Assembly (NCBI GenBank): GCA_973851085.1 | Contig: OZ316775.1 | Location: 9,548,001 to 9,612,000 of the forward strand | Source of the DNA: Ptychomitrium polyphyllum | Lineage: Eukaryota | Reading direction: 5' to 3' | Length of the DNA stretch: 64,000 bases | Shown here: in pieces, positions 40,000 through 53,537 of the stretch | How the letters are laid out: every line of letters starts with the position of its first letter | How positions within the stretch are numbered: position 1 is the stretch's first letter | Notes under the pieces: generated by a model | Databases searched by the model: none | What the model saw: the letters and a program-made list of their open reading frames with translations, nothing else | Told to the model about the DNA's origin: nothing | Position numbers and translations under genes: made by a program

Positions 40000-42900
40000 A
40001 GATCAAAGTACTAATTGTAATTTGACACAAAATGTTTTGTTATCTTCAAATTTTTAAAGAATCTATAGACTTATGTTCTTTAATAATTTGTTATTAGAAT
40101 CCAAAGATTTATTTAAAGATTTATTATCTTCCATACAAAACTTTTCTAAATACATTTTTTAATTTTCTTTATTACATGAAGTGAGTGATATCAGTACGGT
40201 AGTTTCTAGTATTTTTAATGCCTAAAATATAATGGATGTTTTCAAAATCCTTCATTTCAAATCTTCTTAGTCAATAATTTTTTATTTTAATAAAAACCAT
40301 TTTGTCACTGCAAACTAAAATTAAATTATAATCTCAAGAATCATGATGATATATTCATTAATAATCTTTAATACATATGTATTGGAATTTGCATGAAATT
40401 TTATAAAATAAAATATTGATTAATCTTTTTATACTATGCCTTAAGAGATTGTTTAAGACCTTAGTAAGTCTTTAAAAGCTTACAAACCAAAGACTCTTCA
40501 TCTTTTGCAATATAGCCTTCAAATTAATCCATACAAATTTCTTTGTGAAAATGTTCATTTAAAAATATAACCATGACATACATTTAATGAACATTTAGAT
40601 CTTCAATTAAAACAAGTGTAAGGAGTGAATGAACTAATGTCATTTTTGATGAAGGAGTAAAATTCTTGTTGCAATCATTCAAATATACAACTAAATTTAC
40701 TTGCTTTAGCAAAAAAATAATCCTATTTTAGCTATTATATTGTCTATCATTATATTTTCATATGCAAAAATACCTACTTTTTTTTAATATAATTTTTGGC
40801 ATTAAATCTTGTATTAAGGAGTCAATTACTAATTGACAACTCAGGCTCGTAATTCTCCTTAAATTATGGCAATTTGGTCAACGACTAGGGATAAGTCAAT
40901 TATACAATTACAGTTGGTTACAAATAAGTGTATATAAGTAATAGCCGCCTAGATATGACACACATTTTTGTTTATTAACAACTTCTTGTGGATTGTTTTG
41001 CTTTGTGTGCATTCTTTCAATAATAAAGTTTTTTACTATATCTTTAAGTTTTATTATATTTTAAATTGATTTTGAGTATGAATTTAAGTCTAGATCATAT
41101 TTGGAAGTTATATTAATTGGTAAAAATCAAAATTTTATATTGTTAATTAATGTCCAATTAATTGTTAAATGATGTAATGATTGCGTGCTAAAAATCTATC
41201 CAAATGGATATTTTTCCACACTTAACACCTTATTTTTACAGTATTCTTCTAAAAACCTCTATTGAACCATTTGCATCCAATAATTTTTTTGTCCACCAAT
41301 AAAATTATTAAATTCCTTATTTTATTGTCCATAAAACTTTGATACTTTGAAGCATTGCTTCTTTGTATTTTCAAGTATCATTCCTTTCCATAGCTTCACT
41401 TGTAAAATAGATTCTTCAACACTTGTATATAAAGCATGTGCCGTACAAGTTGAAGGTATGATGGACTTAGAAGCATCCAAATCAAAGCTGATTCCTCATT
41501 TATTTGACTTTTTGCAATTCATGTGTTTGTGAATAAGTCAACATAGGTGGCAAAAAATATGGAGGTGGAATTAATAGAAATCTGGTTGTAATAGCTTTTT
41601 AATGTTTAAATGCACAATTTTGATAGCAAATCTTCCAAATTAAAATTAACAATAAAAAATAGAAGGTTGTTGATATAAATAAATGTCTAAATTTGCCATT
41701 GTATCTTTATTTTTATTCTTAAAGTCTATAAATTCTATTGTAACAACAATGTTTTTTTAATCTATCAATAAGTACTTCTAAAATTCCTTTCATTTGATTG
41801 ATGTTTACACATTCTACAAAACTTAAAGTTTTATCTCATGATATTTAAATCATTAGTAGGGTTCTAAAGATGATAGCACTTATTAACCATAATATAGCTA
41901 AGAAATATAAATTTCTTGCTTTTAAAGTCCAACTTAATGCATCCTTCATTTGAAATATAAACATAAGCATTACATCCAAATATACCAAGATATTGAATAA
42001 AAAATTTTGTACCAAAACATGCTTCATTAAGTCCTTTTTTTCTACAATCATAGGAGGAATTTGATAGAAATTTCCAAAATATATATAGTTGTATTATTAG
42101 CAATTGTTCAAATGCTTCAAAAAATTGTTTGTATTGTAGCATGGACTATTTGGATTTCTAAAGTTGTTTATTTTTGAAAATTTTGAATATGTCCAAACTT
42201 CATATTTTTTGGATAATAAAATAAATTTCTTTTTTTTTCAAGCAACTATTTAAAAAAATAACAAAGTATTTTTGTCTCCTATATAATGTAGTTTTCATAA
42301 AACCATCAACAACAAACTTTATTAAGTCCAAAAGATTATTGCACTAGTACAATCTTTTGTTTAAAAGACATGCCAATGTTATTTATTATTAATGTACTCT
42401 TTACATAATTCTAAATTGAATGTTTGTTCAAGTTTCAATGAGAAAAAGTATCATTTGCATATAATTTCTTGATGTTTAAAATGCAAAGATGATTAAATTG
42501 TTAATCCCAAAAATCAATCTTATTCATGGCTAATTTAGCCTAAAAAACAAACAAACTTCTCTTTCTATTTTAAAATTCTCCAAAAGCTTATACAAGCTTC
42601 TAAATCTAATTCTTTTGGCAAGAGTATTCTCTTGTTTTATAAGACTAATATGTGCTTGAAATTGATTTTATAATCTTAATTTTCTATTTTACTAATATAT
42701 TGCAAATTCTTAATTAATCTTACATATATGAAATGCCATGCACATCTCTCAATTTTTTTTTGTAAATTACAAAGAAATATTTCCTTTTATATAATAGCAT
42801 GTTTAAAATCATCTTTTAAAAAACCTTAAGGGCCAATGGAAAAATTTTATTACTTAAAAATCAAATTTGATTTCTAATACTGTGCTAAGAAGCACCTAAA

Positions 42901-43270
42901 TTGATAAATCATTATTTATTATTTAAAGCAAGAAAAAATGCAACCACAAATATAAATTCATCCTTGTAACTTAAATCCTTATCGTTTGCTATATTGACTT
43001 AATGATTAATAAAAAAAATTCAACATTCCAATATTTTGTCATTTTCTTTAATTTAGCACTTTTATTCATAATGGTCTTTTTTGCTATAATGTTTGCATTT
43101 GGCATTCAATTATAATAATTAGAATATGCTAAATTGTTACAAGAATGAAGCTTTGATTATTAGATTCAAGTGCCATCTTAAAGATAAATCTTGCATCTTT
43201 ATTCTAGAATTATTTTTTACTTTTAAATCTAAGCAAAGCAAAGAAGAATCCATGGTTGAAGCGGATAAAG
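40000..43270 (-). mobile_element. Highly decayed Ty1/copia retrotransposon (integrase and RT remnants)
   Basis: Integrase C-terminal motif IFGCNAYVYI...C.KLDFKSKKFIFLSY (41864-41990). RT motifs RFEMKDF..IHYILGI (~40217-40266) and a degenerate EIYM.Q.EG-like motif near 40510-40600. INT-before-RT order is the copia type. Extremely AT-shifted. Confidence 0.75.
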
Positions 43271-45518
43271 TAGATTGTGTACCTTTCACTTATATATATT
43301 AGTTAGTAATCAGTTAGAAGCTAGCAAGACAATAATGAATTGTGATTGGTTTAAACCTTCAACTTCATTCGACCAATATAAATCTTTTTATAATTTGCTA
43401 GCCTATAAGGTCCAAAACCATTTTGTTCATACAATAAATGAAGGCCAAAGGTCCCTTAGGGTGGAAGAGCCCATGTAGCATAGTCAAGCTGCTTCTTAGC
43501 TACGCGCCTCTAGGAGCATAGTTTTTAAAGTGAAAATATAAACATACTTGATTCATATTATCAAATGGTAGGAAATTGCATATCATTGGCTAATATACCT
43601 ATAGGTACATGGCTACATAATATTAAATGGAATCCAGGTCAAGGCACAAAGTTGATTTGAGCTGCATGGACCTTTACTTAAATGATTCTTTATATAAAAG
43701 CTAAGTAGCAATTATTTTTAATATTAATTTATTTGAGGTATCACTATTAATGTATGAAGTGATTTTGGAAGACTACCTAATAATGCCATAATTAAATTGG
43801 TGTTGGAAATCTTCACCAATAAAAAACAATTCCATTGGTATTTCTTGTAATTTGCCAATTAGTGTGACAATATTGTTACTTTCATTCATTTATAAAGTCC
43901 AAAATTGGCAAATTAATTATAAATGATTTTACATTTTTTTTTATTTCATATGTCACTTCTTAACCTTTTTATATAGCCTTTGTATTCTTTGTATTACTAG
44001 CAATTTCAATTTCTTTGTTTTTGCAATTTAAAAAACATAGTAGATAAAACCCTCTTATTTGCATCTTCTTAGTTTTCCAATACTATTGTAATTTTTGCAA
44101 AACAAAGTAAGCTTCTTGTATTTTCTTTAAACAACCTTTTATAAGCCTTTGCTGATAAAAATGAATTAAATTTATTCCTTCCAAAGATGCCAATAATACA
44201 ATATTCCATTGTCAATTTCCATTAGAAAAAATCCAAAATAGAAAAAGTAGGATGAATAAGGAGGTAATGGAAGATGAATGGAAATAGATTCTAAGTGAGG
44301 CATTACACTTACATATAGCCATTTTGCTACTTTTTTTAAAATCATCTGAAGTTTTTTTTGGAAAAGCTACCAATATAGTTAATGATTTGGATGCAAGGCC
44401 TATTAAAAGATTAGTCTATTAATGCCATCTCACACAAAATCAAAAATTTCTCAAGGAAATTGGATAATTATGTCTTATATAATATCTTCATAATTCATCC
44501 AACTAATAAGAAGCAACTTAAAGTACCAAGTTTTGGTACAATAAAAAAAATAAGGAGATATATTGCTATAGGATAGAACTTTAATGATACAAAATACATA
44601 TAAAGTCACAACCCAATCATTAAGAGTTTAAGATAACCAATCACTTAAAAATGAACCTTGTCTACAAATTCTTATACTATAAGTCCATGGTCCAAAGACA
44701 TGATCTTTTGTTAGTGCGAACACACTAACAACTATTGGTTACTCATAATTAGTGCTCAATGAAGAGTCCTGTGGCTCTGCAACAAAGGAAGTTTACACGA
44801 AATGGAAATGATTTAGTTACACACCTTTGAGAAAAATAATTTCAGCAGATTGGATGGGGATTGGGAGGATAAGTTGCATCGGCCAAGATTTTGTGATTCT
44901 TGAGTGATTCTTGAGCAGGTGCGTTGTTCCGATGATGAGCAATGCCGTTGGTCTGGCAGCAAGTTTAGATTGGACATCACGTTGCATAAACAACATCCTG
45001 CTACACACGGTATATGATCAACATCGCAACTGCCAGAACCTGCATGAATACTGTTTTGAATAATGACCTTACCCCTTGCGTGTTTTGTAGACAGGAAATA
45101 TAGTCAAGTGAGAAACCCAGCTGCTTGGGAAACCTCGACTTTCAAAAGCACTATATCCTAGATTTTTAATTAGTGAGCTAAAAGATGAAGCAATATCTTC
45201 ATTTACAGCAAAAATATGTTTAGTCTTGAAGGATGTTCACAAGAAAAAAGAGCAAAGATTTTACCATGAGAGTCTCACACGGGTTGAAGCCATCGTTGAG
45301 CATTCAGCTCCCTGATGCAGCAAAACTCTTGCTAATATGCACAAAATGCAGACACAGAAGCTATCCTCTGACACAGTTTCATGCAGGCAACCAGTATGCA
45401 AGACACAACTTTGTCTTAACACAGGTATTTCAGATTGTCACGTTGGCCTAGTAGATTAGTTATAGAAAAATAGGGCAGGTCTGAAGCAAGTGATGCTGCA
45501 GGCATTCACTGTTGCAAT

Positions 45519-46597
45519 TCAGGAATATCTGCATCGCATGCCACCACCTGCACTGCCTGTCTCATGGAAGGACGACAGGAAGGCTCTAGGTTGCGAGCAT
45601 AGGAAGCCCAATTTCAAGACGATGTAACTCTGCTCAACAGGGCAAACGCCTCTGTATACGCTCTCAAATCCTCCTTTTAGTTTCAAGTGATCGCTGAATT
45701 GCTTGATGGCAGCGCTGAGGTCTTTATAGATGATGTTCTCTGCCATACCAGCCATTCTAATTGTTCCTTGGTTGTCCAAACATTCATTTCGGGCCCATTG
45801 CTTTCGCTATCAAACGCAGACACCAAGCGCGGCGGCCGACAATGCCTACAACATTCGACAAATGACGCCATAATGAATCCCACGTTCACGCTCGACTTGC
45901 CGGATGGATCACTGGATGGGCTGGATGGGTGAGGTGCCTCAGATGGATGAGGCACCTTGGATGGTTCAGATGGGCTGCTACTGGAACCATTAGATGTTGA
46001 GAAAGTTGACCTAGATGGGCCAGTTGAGAGTTTAATTGAAATTCCAAAACTTATGAATATCCAGTTGCAAACGTAGTATACTGACCAAGAGTTTCCAGTT
46101 GAATCCGAAAATCCAATGCACATTTTCCCTTCAAGGGTACTAGAGAGATCATATAGGCAGTACACGAGCTTTCAGTGGCCTGGAAGGAGTATCTGCCTAA
46201 CTGACCTGGAGAATGTTTGTTATGCCATCGTACTCAATCCACGAATAGAGCACATCTCTCCAAAAAGTAATACCTACCCTGTTGTAATAAACATATGTGA
46301 AGCAACTGGAAACAGAGACGGGACTTCCAACATCCAGAGCGGCATGTTCGTTCGTCATCCCGTTGTTTGGTAGCAAGCCAGGATCGGTGTCATCACTTTG
46401 CCAACTATCAAACTCTACCCACAACAAACATTAGATGGACGGAAAATGTCGAAGCTGCCGAAACGCCAGGGCGCATCACCCGTCCAGCTGCTCATAGTGG
46501 ACATCATGGGTGAAGCCTTCCCCCATATGCCCAGATGAAGTGAAGGCGTTGTCCTTAGGAAGAAAATCACAAAATTTGCGACCAGCGCTAAAATCAT
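45519..46597 (-). pseudogene. L-type lectin receptor-like kinase pseudogene (frameshifted, kinase domain mostly deleted)
   Basis: Legume-lectin motifs VEFD, H.ALDV.S..S, WIEYDG....LQV, DLS..L...M.IGFS.STG are spread over three frames. Ser/Pro linker, then YKDLSAA..FS....GGF.SVYRG joined directly to VLKLGFLCS.P. Confidence 0.85.
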
Positions 46598-48914
46598 TAG
46601 CAGACAACCAAATAGCTCAGACTCAACATCGTGTGTCAGATTCTAGCTCAGTCGACTAAAGGAGCAGGGTGGATCAGTAAAGGCGAACGTGCCAAAGAAT
46701 TAGAGAAACGAAGCTAAAAGAGGTTGCAGATGAAGAGAAATTCAAATAGAAATTCAAGGCGAGTTGTAAAGAGTGGGCGCATCCCCGCCAAGTGGAAACA
46801 TGAACTTGCTATGATCATCAATAGATACAACAACCTGAGCCGAAATGTGATGAGCTGAATTTCAAGCTCTACTACGATTATGGCTGGATTTTGTCTGCAC
46901 CATTTGGCTGTCAATCACCTATGAGTTTATCATTTGTTACAAGATAGAGGGTTCAATACCTGTATTTTCCAAAGTGAACCAACTACCTTGCTCCAAAAGA
47001 TGCACTTGAAGTGAAGACTCGCAATATGCACTCAAGTTGGTGAGACACAGTTGCCATAAGCTTATACAATAAACAACCGTAACTCTCGCAAAGGACAGAA
47101 ATCTGCAACATCCGTAAGTGCTGAAGGTCATAAGTTGCGAGATTGTAGGAAACCATCAAAAGATCCAAGGAAGTGACAATATGTCGCTTCACTCTAATGG
47201 ACCAGTACTGGCCAGCGCCCTTACATTGCTCATAGCTGGATTATTGGAAAGGACTCCGCAAATAATGATCACAGCGTAACCACCATGCAACGTAAATATC
47301 AAGACTGGATTTAAATACTGGCCAGATCTAATTGCAGTCAGGCCACAGTGAATGTAAAGTTCAACCTGTCTCTGTCGACATGACCAGAAAAGCTTTTGCA
47401 CCTGATGGTGCAGGCGCACGTAGTACTACTGGCAAGAAAACCTTCAAAGTTCAGGTTGATTGCGAACTACGACGTCACACTAAGTTCTTAAAACATGGAT
47501 GACAGTTGAGGACATAAAAACATACATCTGCCAGGTACATGGTACCAAAACAAAGGCCGTCGAATTTGGATACTACTATGTACGCCTGTCCTAGTCGAAT
47601 CATAAACTGAGTAATCACACCTGTAACACTAATGCACAGCCTTCCGCCAGGTTCATGACGCTCGAATCCACAATGCCGCATCATGCATATTATACCACTA
47701 TTGCAAAATTCTGAAAAACTGAAGCAAGAAATCATGTCAACAAAAACAGAAAATGCATCAAATAACAACTGAAACAAACAATGCGCGGCACATTCCATTG
47801 GATCATCTTGCCTGAAGCAGCAAGCTGTTGAGCTCAGCGATGGCGCCACCAGCATATATGCTCACAGATCACGACTTGTAGCTGAAGGTTAGGGTAACGA
47901 CGATTTCTGATCAATCTCCAATTTTCTCATGAGGATAGATTAGACTATACCCTACACGATTAGCTGTTGATAATATTCTGGAAACATTCAACGCCAGGAG
48001 CAATCAGAAATGCAGCAATCCATGCCTCGTAACAACAAGAGAATAACTTAGATTCTCTACAGACAGACGAAAGGTTTTGTAATGTAGATACAATATTCAT
48101 AAAAAACTTATACAGAAGATCATTCTCTATACACAATGGATAAATTGACTTTACAATTGCAGCGCTTATTGCATACATCCTGACATTAGCCGCAATTGCC
48201 TTCAACCATAGCTGAAGCATAGATACCACAACAAACGAACCGCAAGAGATGATATCAAGCATGTAGAAATACTCCGCAAGTTCAACATGTCCCGTCGTCA
48301 ATTGAAGGAACAGCAACAAAAGAGTATACAGCAATCAAAAGCTTTATCGAAGAAACACACACTCGCACCTGTGGAAGCACCTCAAGATAGAAAAACCTTC
48401 CTACACAAAAATTTCCTTGATTGAATCGACTTGACGGAATTCAAAGTTTCAATGCTACAACAATGTTCATCTATCAATCAATTTAGCTCCTTCAGAAGCA
48501 CTCGCATACAAAGTCCGCACGACGGAATAACTTAGATCCTCTACACACAAAACACCTCACGCAAAAAACTCAGTAGAAACATGATCTTCTACCGGAAAGG
48601 CAATCTTTATTCACAAAGCATCAATGTTAGAACGATGTCTGTCTATCAATCAGTCTTACTCATCTAGCCTGATTTTTGGTACTAAAGTTCAGTCGTAAAC
48701 CTTCAACGTAGGATACTGTACAATATGAATTGCAGAAAGGAAACACCGACAGAAAGGTACGATTCTAAAAGGCAAATACTTGAATTGAAATTGATGCATA
48801 CGTATTCTACGAATTTCGCAGCAGGTTTTACATCCATATCTAACACTCGACGCTTGACTACAACAATACTGAGCGGTCTTCAGTCCAGCAATTATTAGCT
48901 TCTTCATCCCACAT

Positions 48915-49817
48915 TCAGAACTTCTCTGAAAATGGGCGAAGGTCAAGCTCCTGCGTCCACGCGCTCTTATGCTGCTTATGGACCTGCCAGTAAACCTCAG
49001 CTATAGCATCTGGGTTCATCGTAGTACCCTCCTGCGTATCTTGGTCTCTTCCGATTCGCCCATCAACAATAACATGCGCAGCATGAATGCCTTGGGGCTG
49101 ATACTCTCTAGCCAAAGACTGTGCAAGCGCTCTCAATGCAAACTTCCCACAAGCTATTTCAGAGAATCCCGCACCCCCTCGAATCGAAGCCGTCGCCCCC
49201 GTAAACAAAAGCGTGCCTTTCCCCCTCTCCACCATCCCTTTAATCACCTGCTGCACGCAATGAAACGCCCCAACGCAGGGAACCACTAACGACCTCTCAA
49301 ACGACTCCGCACTGATGTCAGTGAATCTCGGTGGCGGAAACGGAAAAGGAGTGTTTGTGTTATACACCAAAGCCTCCACGGCACCCAGCGAATTCACAGC
49401 TTCAAAAGCTTCCTTAATCGACTTAGGATCCGCGCAGTCGATACGAATTGCACACACCTGCGCTTCCTTCTCCTTCTCCACGATCTCCTCCGCCAACTTC
49501 ATCAACTTGTGTAAGTCGCGCGCCAGGATGGCCACGATGTAGCGCTCGCACGCGAAGCGCCGTGCAATGGCCGCCCCCAGGCCTGGCCCGACGCCCACGA
49601 CGGCCACCACGCCCTCGGACGCCGCCGGTACCACCTTGCTCCAGCCCCCGCCCAAGCCCAACCCCCCGCCCAGCTGCTGCCGCTCCGCCTTCACCGCGCC
49701 TCCGCCTCCGATCATCATTCTGCGCGCCTTCTTGTGCGTGTGCATGTGTGCGTTGCGGTCATCTACGTGAGCCTCGCGCGCCCGCTCTGTCCCTCCCTCG
49801 CTCGCCCACACGCCCAC
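48915..49817 (-). CDS. Intronless short-chain dehydrogenase/reductase (SDR_c10-like, Tyr-less active site); real start probably an ATG at ~49715-49745
   Basis: VVGVGPGLG.AIARRF, LVYN, GTLLFTGATAS.RG, KFALRALAQSLARE..P.GIH.AHVIVDG, SAWTQELDLRP. Confidence 0.92.
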   Translation of the reverse strand: MGVWASEGGTERAREAHVDDRNAHMHTHKKARRMMIGGGGAVKAERQQLGGGLGLGGGWSKVVPAASEGVVAVVGVGPGLGAAIARRFACERYIVAILARDLHKLMKLAEEIVEKEKEAQVCAIRIDCADPKSIKEAFEAVNSLGAVEALVYNTNTPFPFPPPRFTDISAESFERSLVVPCVGAFHCVQQVIKGMVERGKGTLLFTGATASIRGGAGFSEIACGKFALRALAQSLAREYQPQGIHAAHVIVDGRIGRDQDTQEGTTMNPDAIAEVYWQVHKQHKSAWTQELDLRPFSEKF

Positions 49818-49954
49818 TCGCCCACTCGCTGGCTAGCGGGCTAGCTGGCTGGCTGTGTCGCAAACCCTAGTGTGCGCTTCCCGCTTACGCTCGCAACTGG
49901 AACTGAGAATTGCCCATGCACACTCAAATGCGTCACTGTAGCTGATATCACCAT

Positions 49955-49992
49955 CAGCCCAGCCCAGCCCGGCCCAGCCCAGCCCAGCCCAG
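49955..49992. repeat. (CAGCC)n pentanucleotide microsatellite, ~7 copies, upstream of the SDR
   Basis: cagcccagcccagcccggcccagcccagcccagcccag read directly. Confidence 0.9.
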
Positions 49993-51640
49993 GGTGCTCC
50001 CGCCTCCGCCTCCCGCCTCCGCAGGCGCACGCCGTTTCACACACTCCCCCCACCGCCTGCCTGAGCCCCCATTCCCGACCACCATCACCATTCCCCCCTA
50101 CGCCCCAGGCCTACTCTCATCCGTCCCTACCCTCTGCCCTCTGCCCTCTGCTCGCATTCCCCTCTCCCTCTCTCTCTCTACGCCTCCTTCCTGCATGTCC
50201 GCCACTGCTCTCTATCAGCTGCGGCTCTCTCCCTCGCTCCTCCACAGTGCTGCACGGGGATGGGATGGACCCTGCACGGGGATGGGCTGCACGGGTATGG
50301 GGGACTTACCTTTGGGGTGTTTCGAGCACAGCTGTGTAAGGTTATGGCTGTGAATATTTTGAATCTGTGCTTTGGGTTATCTTCTCCTCAACATGTGCAT
50401 TTTTGAGGGTACGATGTTCCTTGAATGTTCATTGACTTAAGGTGTTGGAATTTGATGCTCTCGCAGGCACAATTCTAGTTTAGAGGTCTAGTTGGAGTAC
50501 CTGGATGGGTCATTGGATGTGGTTATGGTTGCTAAATTTGAAAAAGAAAGATGGATTTTCCCATGAGCCTCTATTTACCACTTAATATTCATTTAAGTGC
50601 AGCAAACTCATAAAAAGAGTTGTTTGGGTTATTGGGAAGTTGTTTATAGAATGGATGTAGGTAAATTAATGATTTTTGTAAAATTGTCCGTCACAGATGT
50701 TTAAATTTTAGAAAAAATATAGCATTAACATTTTTCTCATTGTTTTTTTTTAAAACTTAATTTAATAAAAAAATTTAAAAAAATTGCTCAAAACATGTTA
50801 ATTTTTTTTTTTTTTTTTTAATTAGACAATCCAATATTTTATGTTCATTGAACTTTGTCTTCTATAGTCATTTTTAAGAATCCCATATAAAATTTAATAA
50901 AATATACATTACTTCTTGCCTTTCCAATATGAAAATATGGACTAGCAAGCTTTTGAATGATATTAGTTGTTCATTTATTTCCATCTAGTAACTTCGTTTA
51001 AATTATTTTATATAAATGAAAATTATGAAACTTGAATAAAAATATTAATTAAAATTTTCTAATTTAACAAATATTCCATCAAATGTATTTTTGTGATTTT
51101 ACTAAGTCACCATACAAAGGGAGGCACTTTCCTAAAACTTCTACAAAAATCTTCATTCAATTTCCTTAAAATTTCCACAAAAAAAAGGCAAGCTTATGAC
51201 TCTTTGTTAAAACCTAACAATGTTTACTTTAAAAACACAAGCCTCCAACACCCGCACCAGCAACCACACTACATTTCAGGAACACACCCGTTAATGGATC
51301 TCATATCATCGCCACGAGCTACTCTCACAAATCTTCACTTCCATCCAGTTCAAATCTACCTGTGGTGTTGATTCACTGGACCCTCAGTGAAGGCGTTTCA
51401 AAGCGAAGCGCATCCCGCCATATCAAAGCTCCTCAAAAAGGAGTCCGAGCGCGACCACAACATCCACATTTCGATTGATATCAGGCTGTGATACTCTTGT
51501 TCTACCGAGGCATTACTATTGTGATACTGATGACATATCTAAGCGGGTATTATGTGCAATGGACCGGCGAGCACGATGATGCAGGACTTGTTTGTTGCTT
51601 CGAATTTTCGCGCACGGGCGTTGCAGTGGCGATCTCCTCG

Positions 51641-53537
51641 ATGCTCCCGGTGCTGTCGCTGCGATTGGGGAGCTCCGTGGTGGGGGTGGGAGTGCGAGTG
51701 AGCAGGGGGGTGAGGTTTTGCGCGGCGATGGCGGCAGGCAGAGTGAATGCGAGGAGGGGGGCGTTGATTGTGTTGGAAGGGCTGGACCGAAGTGGCAAGA
51801 GCTCGCAGTGCGCGCAGCTCGCTACCTACTTGGGGACGCAGGGCGTGTCTGTGGAGGCGTGGCGGTTCCCCGATCGCACGACGGCGATGGGGCAGATGAT
51901 ATCGTCGTACTTGTCGTGCCAGACGGATCTCGACGACGCCGCCATTCATCTGCTCTTCTCTGCCAATCGCTGGGAGAAACGGTACCGCTGCTTCTGATTT
52001 TATGTTTTGCAATGACGGCGTTTTGTGTTTCTGGGTTGCGCATTCTGTTGGGGTTTTCGTTGTGATTTCGAATTTTGTCTGTGTTAAAGAAGGCCAGGTT
52101 TAGGTTTTAGTAATTCTCGTAGCTTTTTTTAATAAGGGTTGCTTTGCTTGGAATTTTGGAGCGAGCGTTCAATTGTGACTAACAGGAATCCGTTAGAGGT
52201 TCAGTTTTATGATTCTAGAAATGTTGGAGCTGGATGCCGCGGATTTATGCGAAATTTGAAATGGAATGATGGCAGCTCACTGATGGAATCGAAGCTGAAA
52301 GCGGGGACTACATTGGTGATTGACCGGTACTCGTACTCAGGTGTCGCATTCTCAGCTGCGAAAGGTCTAGATTTGGATTGGTGTAAGGTGAGCAGTTGCT
52401 TCCTGAAATGACGTGTTTGTAATCAGCTGGTGGTTTATGATACTGTAAATATCCTGTCAGTTCAGTACGTAGTACCTCCATGGCAGTCTCGCCAGGGTGC
52501 TACAGATGATGATTTAGAATGTGTATCTCTGGTTTATTTATGTGAGGATATGAAGATATGGTATCTAGCAGAAGATGTTTACTTCTTTACTTCATGTTTT
52601 CACATGTTCGGATAGGAGGTTTCCTTTCTGAGTGCTGCGTTTTTTGGGAGACCAGAGTTTAGGGTTTTTGCTTCTGCTCAGTATTCAAGAGACTTGCTAT
52701 GATTATATAGCAACATTACCACTCTGTCATCCTTTCGTGACTTCAACATCCTTGAATTATATTTAAATGACAATCTGTTTCATGCACTTTGACAGGCACC
52801 AGAGGTAGGGCTTCCGGCTCCAGATCTTGTCCTCTATCTTGACATATCTGCTGAGGTACAATCTTTGTTAAACCCCTGCAAGTTATCTGTATAAATATTG
52901 CTGGAAACAGAGAAACTGCAAAAGATTTAACCTTTCTGGATTTGTTACTTTATTTAATTCATCGAAGCTTGCCCGGGTGACATGATCTTGATATTATAAG
53001 GTAACTTCAACGTTCATTTCTTCATAAGAAAGAAATTGACCACGTGTGATCTTATTTGGCGATACGTTGCTCCCATGTGAATGTCAACGGTGTCAGAATT
53101 ATAATGCTTGTCCAATACCCTTCAGGTGGCTGCAGCAAGAGGAGGTTACGGTGGTGAGAGGTATGAAAAGCTTGAGTTTCAGAAGAAGGTTGAGCAAAAA
53201 TTTAAATCTTTGAAAGACACTTCCTGGCAGGTACTTTGTCTCATGTCATAATGTGCCACCTGTAGTTGAAGTAACTGTTTAGCTGCTTGTGTCATATATA
53301 TGCCAGTTTCTCTGTTATTGGTTCCTTAGTGCTAGGATTATTCTTTGCGCTGCTCGTTACTACCACTAACCTCACTACTCCACTTACATATTGTAGAGTG
53401 TGGATGCGACACAGTCAATTGATTCCATACAAACTGTAATAAGAGAGGAGTCTATCAAAGTCGTCAAAGAGTGCTTGTCTGGCCGTGAGCTCATGCAAAT
53501 GTGGCCATCGGTGTCGAGGAACAAATTCCTTCAATGA
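51641..53537 (+). CDS. TMK: Thymidylate kinase (dTMP kinase) with N-terminal transit-peptide-like extension (exons 51641-51981, 52276-52387, 52796-52855, 53126-53230, 53397-53537)
   Basis: [17 protein letters not shown]-loop, [52 protein letters not shown]. All introns are GT-AG and in phase. Confidence 0.96.

Noticed and set aside
46700..48900. Multiple 60-126 aa minus-strand ORFs downstream of the SDR
   Set aside because: No recognisable domains; more likely long 3' UTR or intergenic sequence.
49315..50353. Several long ORFs overlapping the SDR and its upstream GC-rich region
   Set aside because: Antisense or low-complexity by-products of high GC and microsatellites, with no domain similarity.
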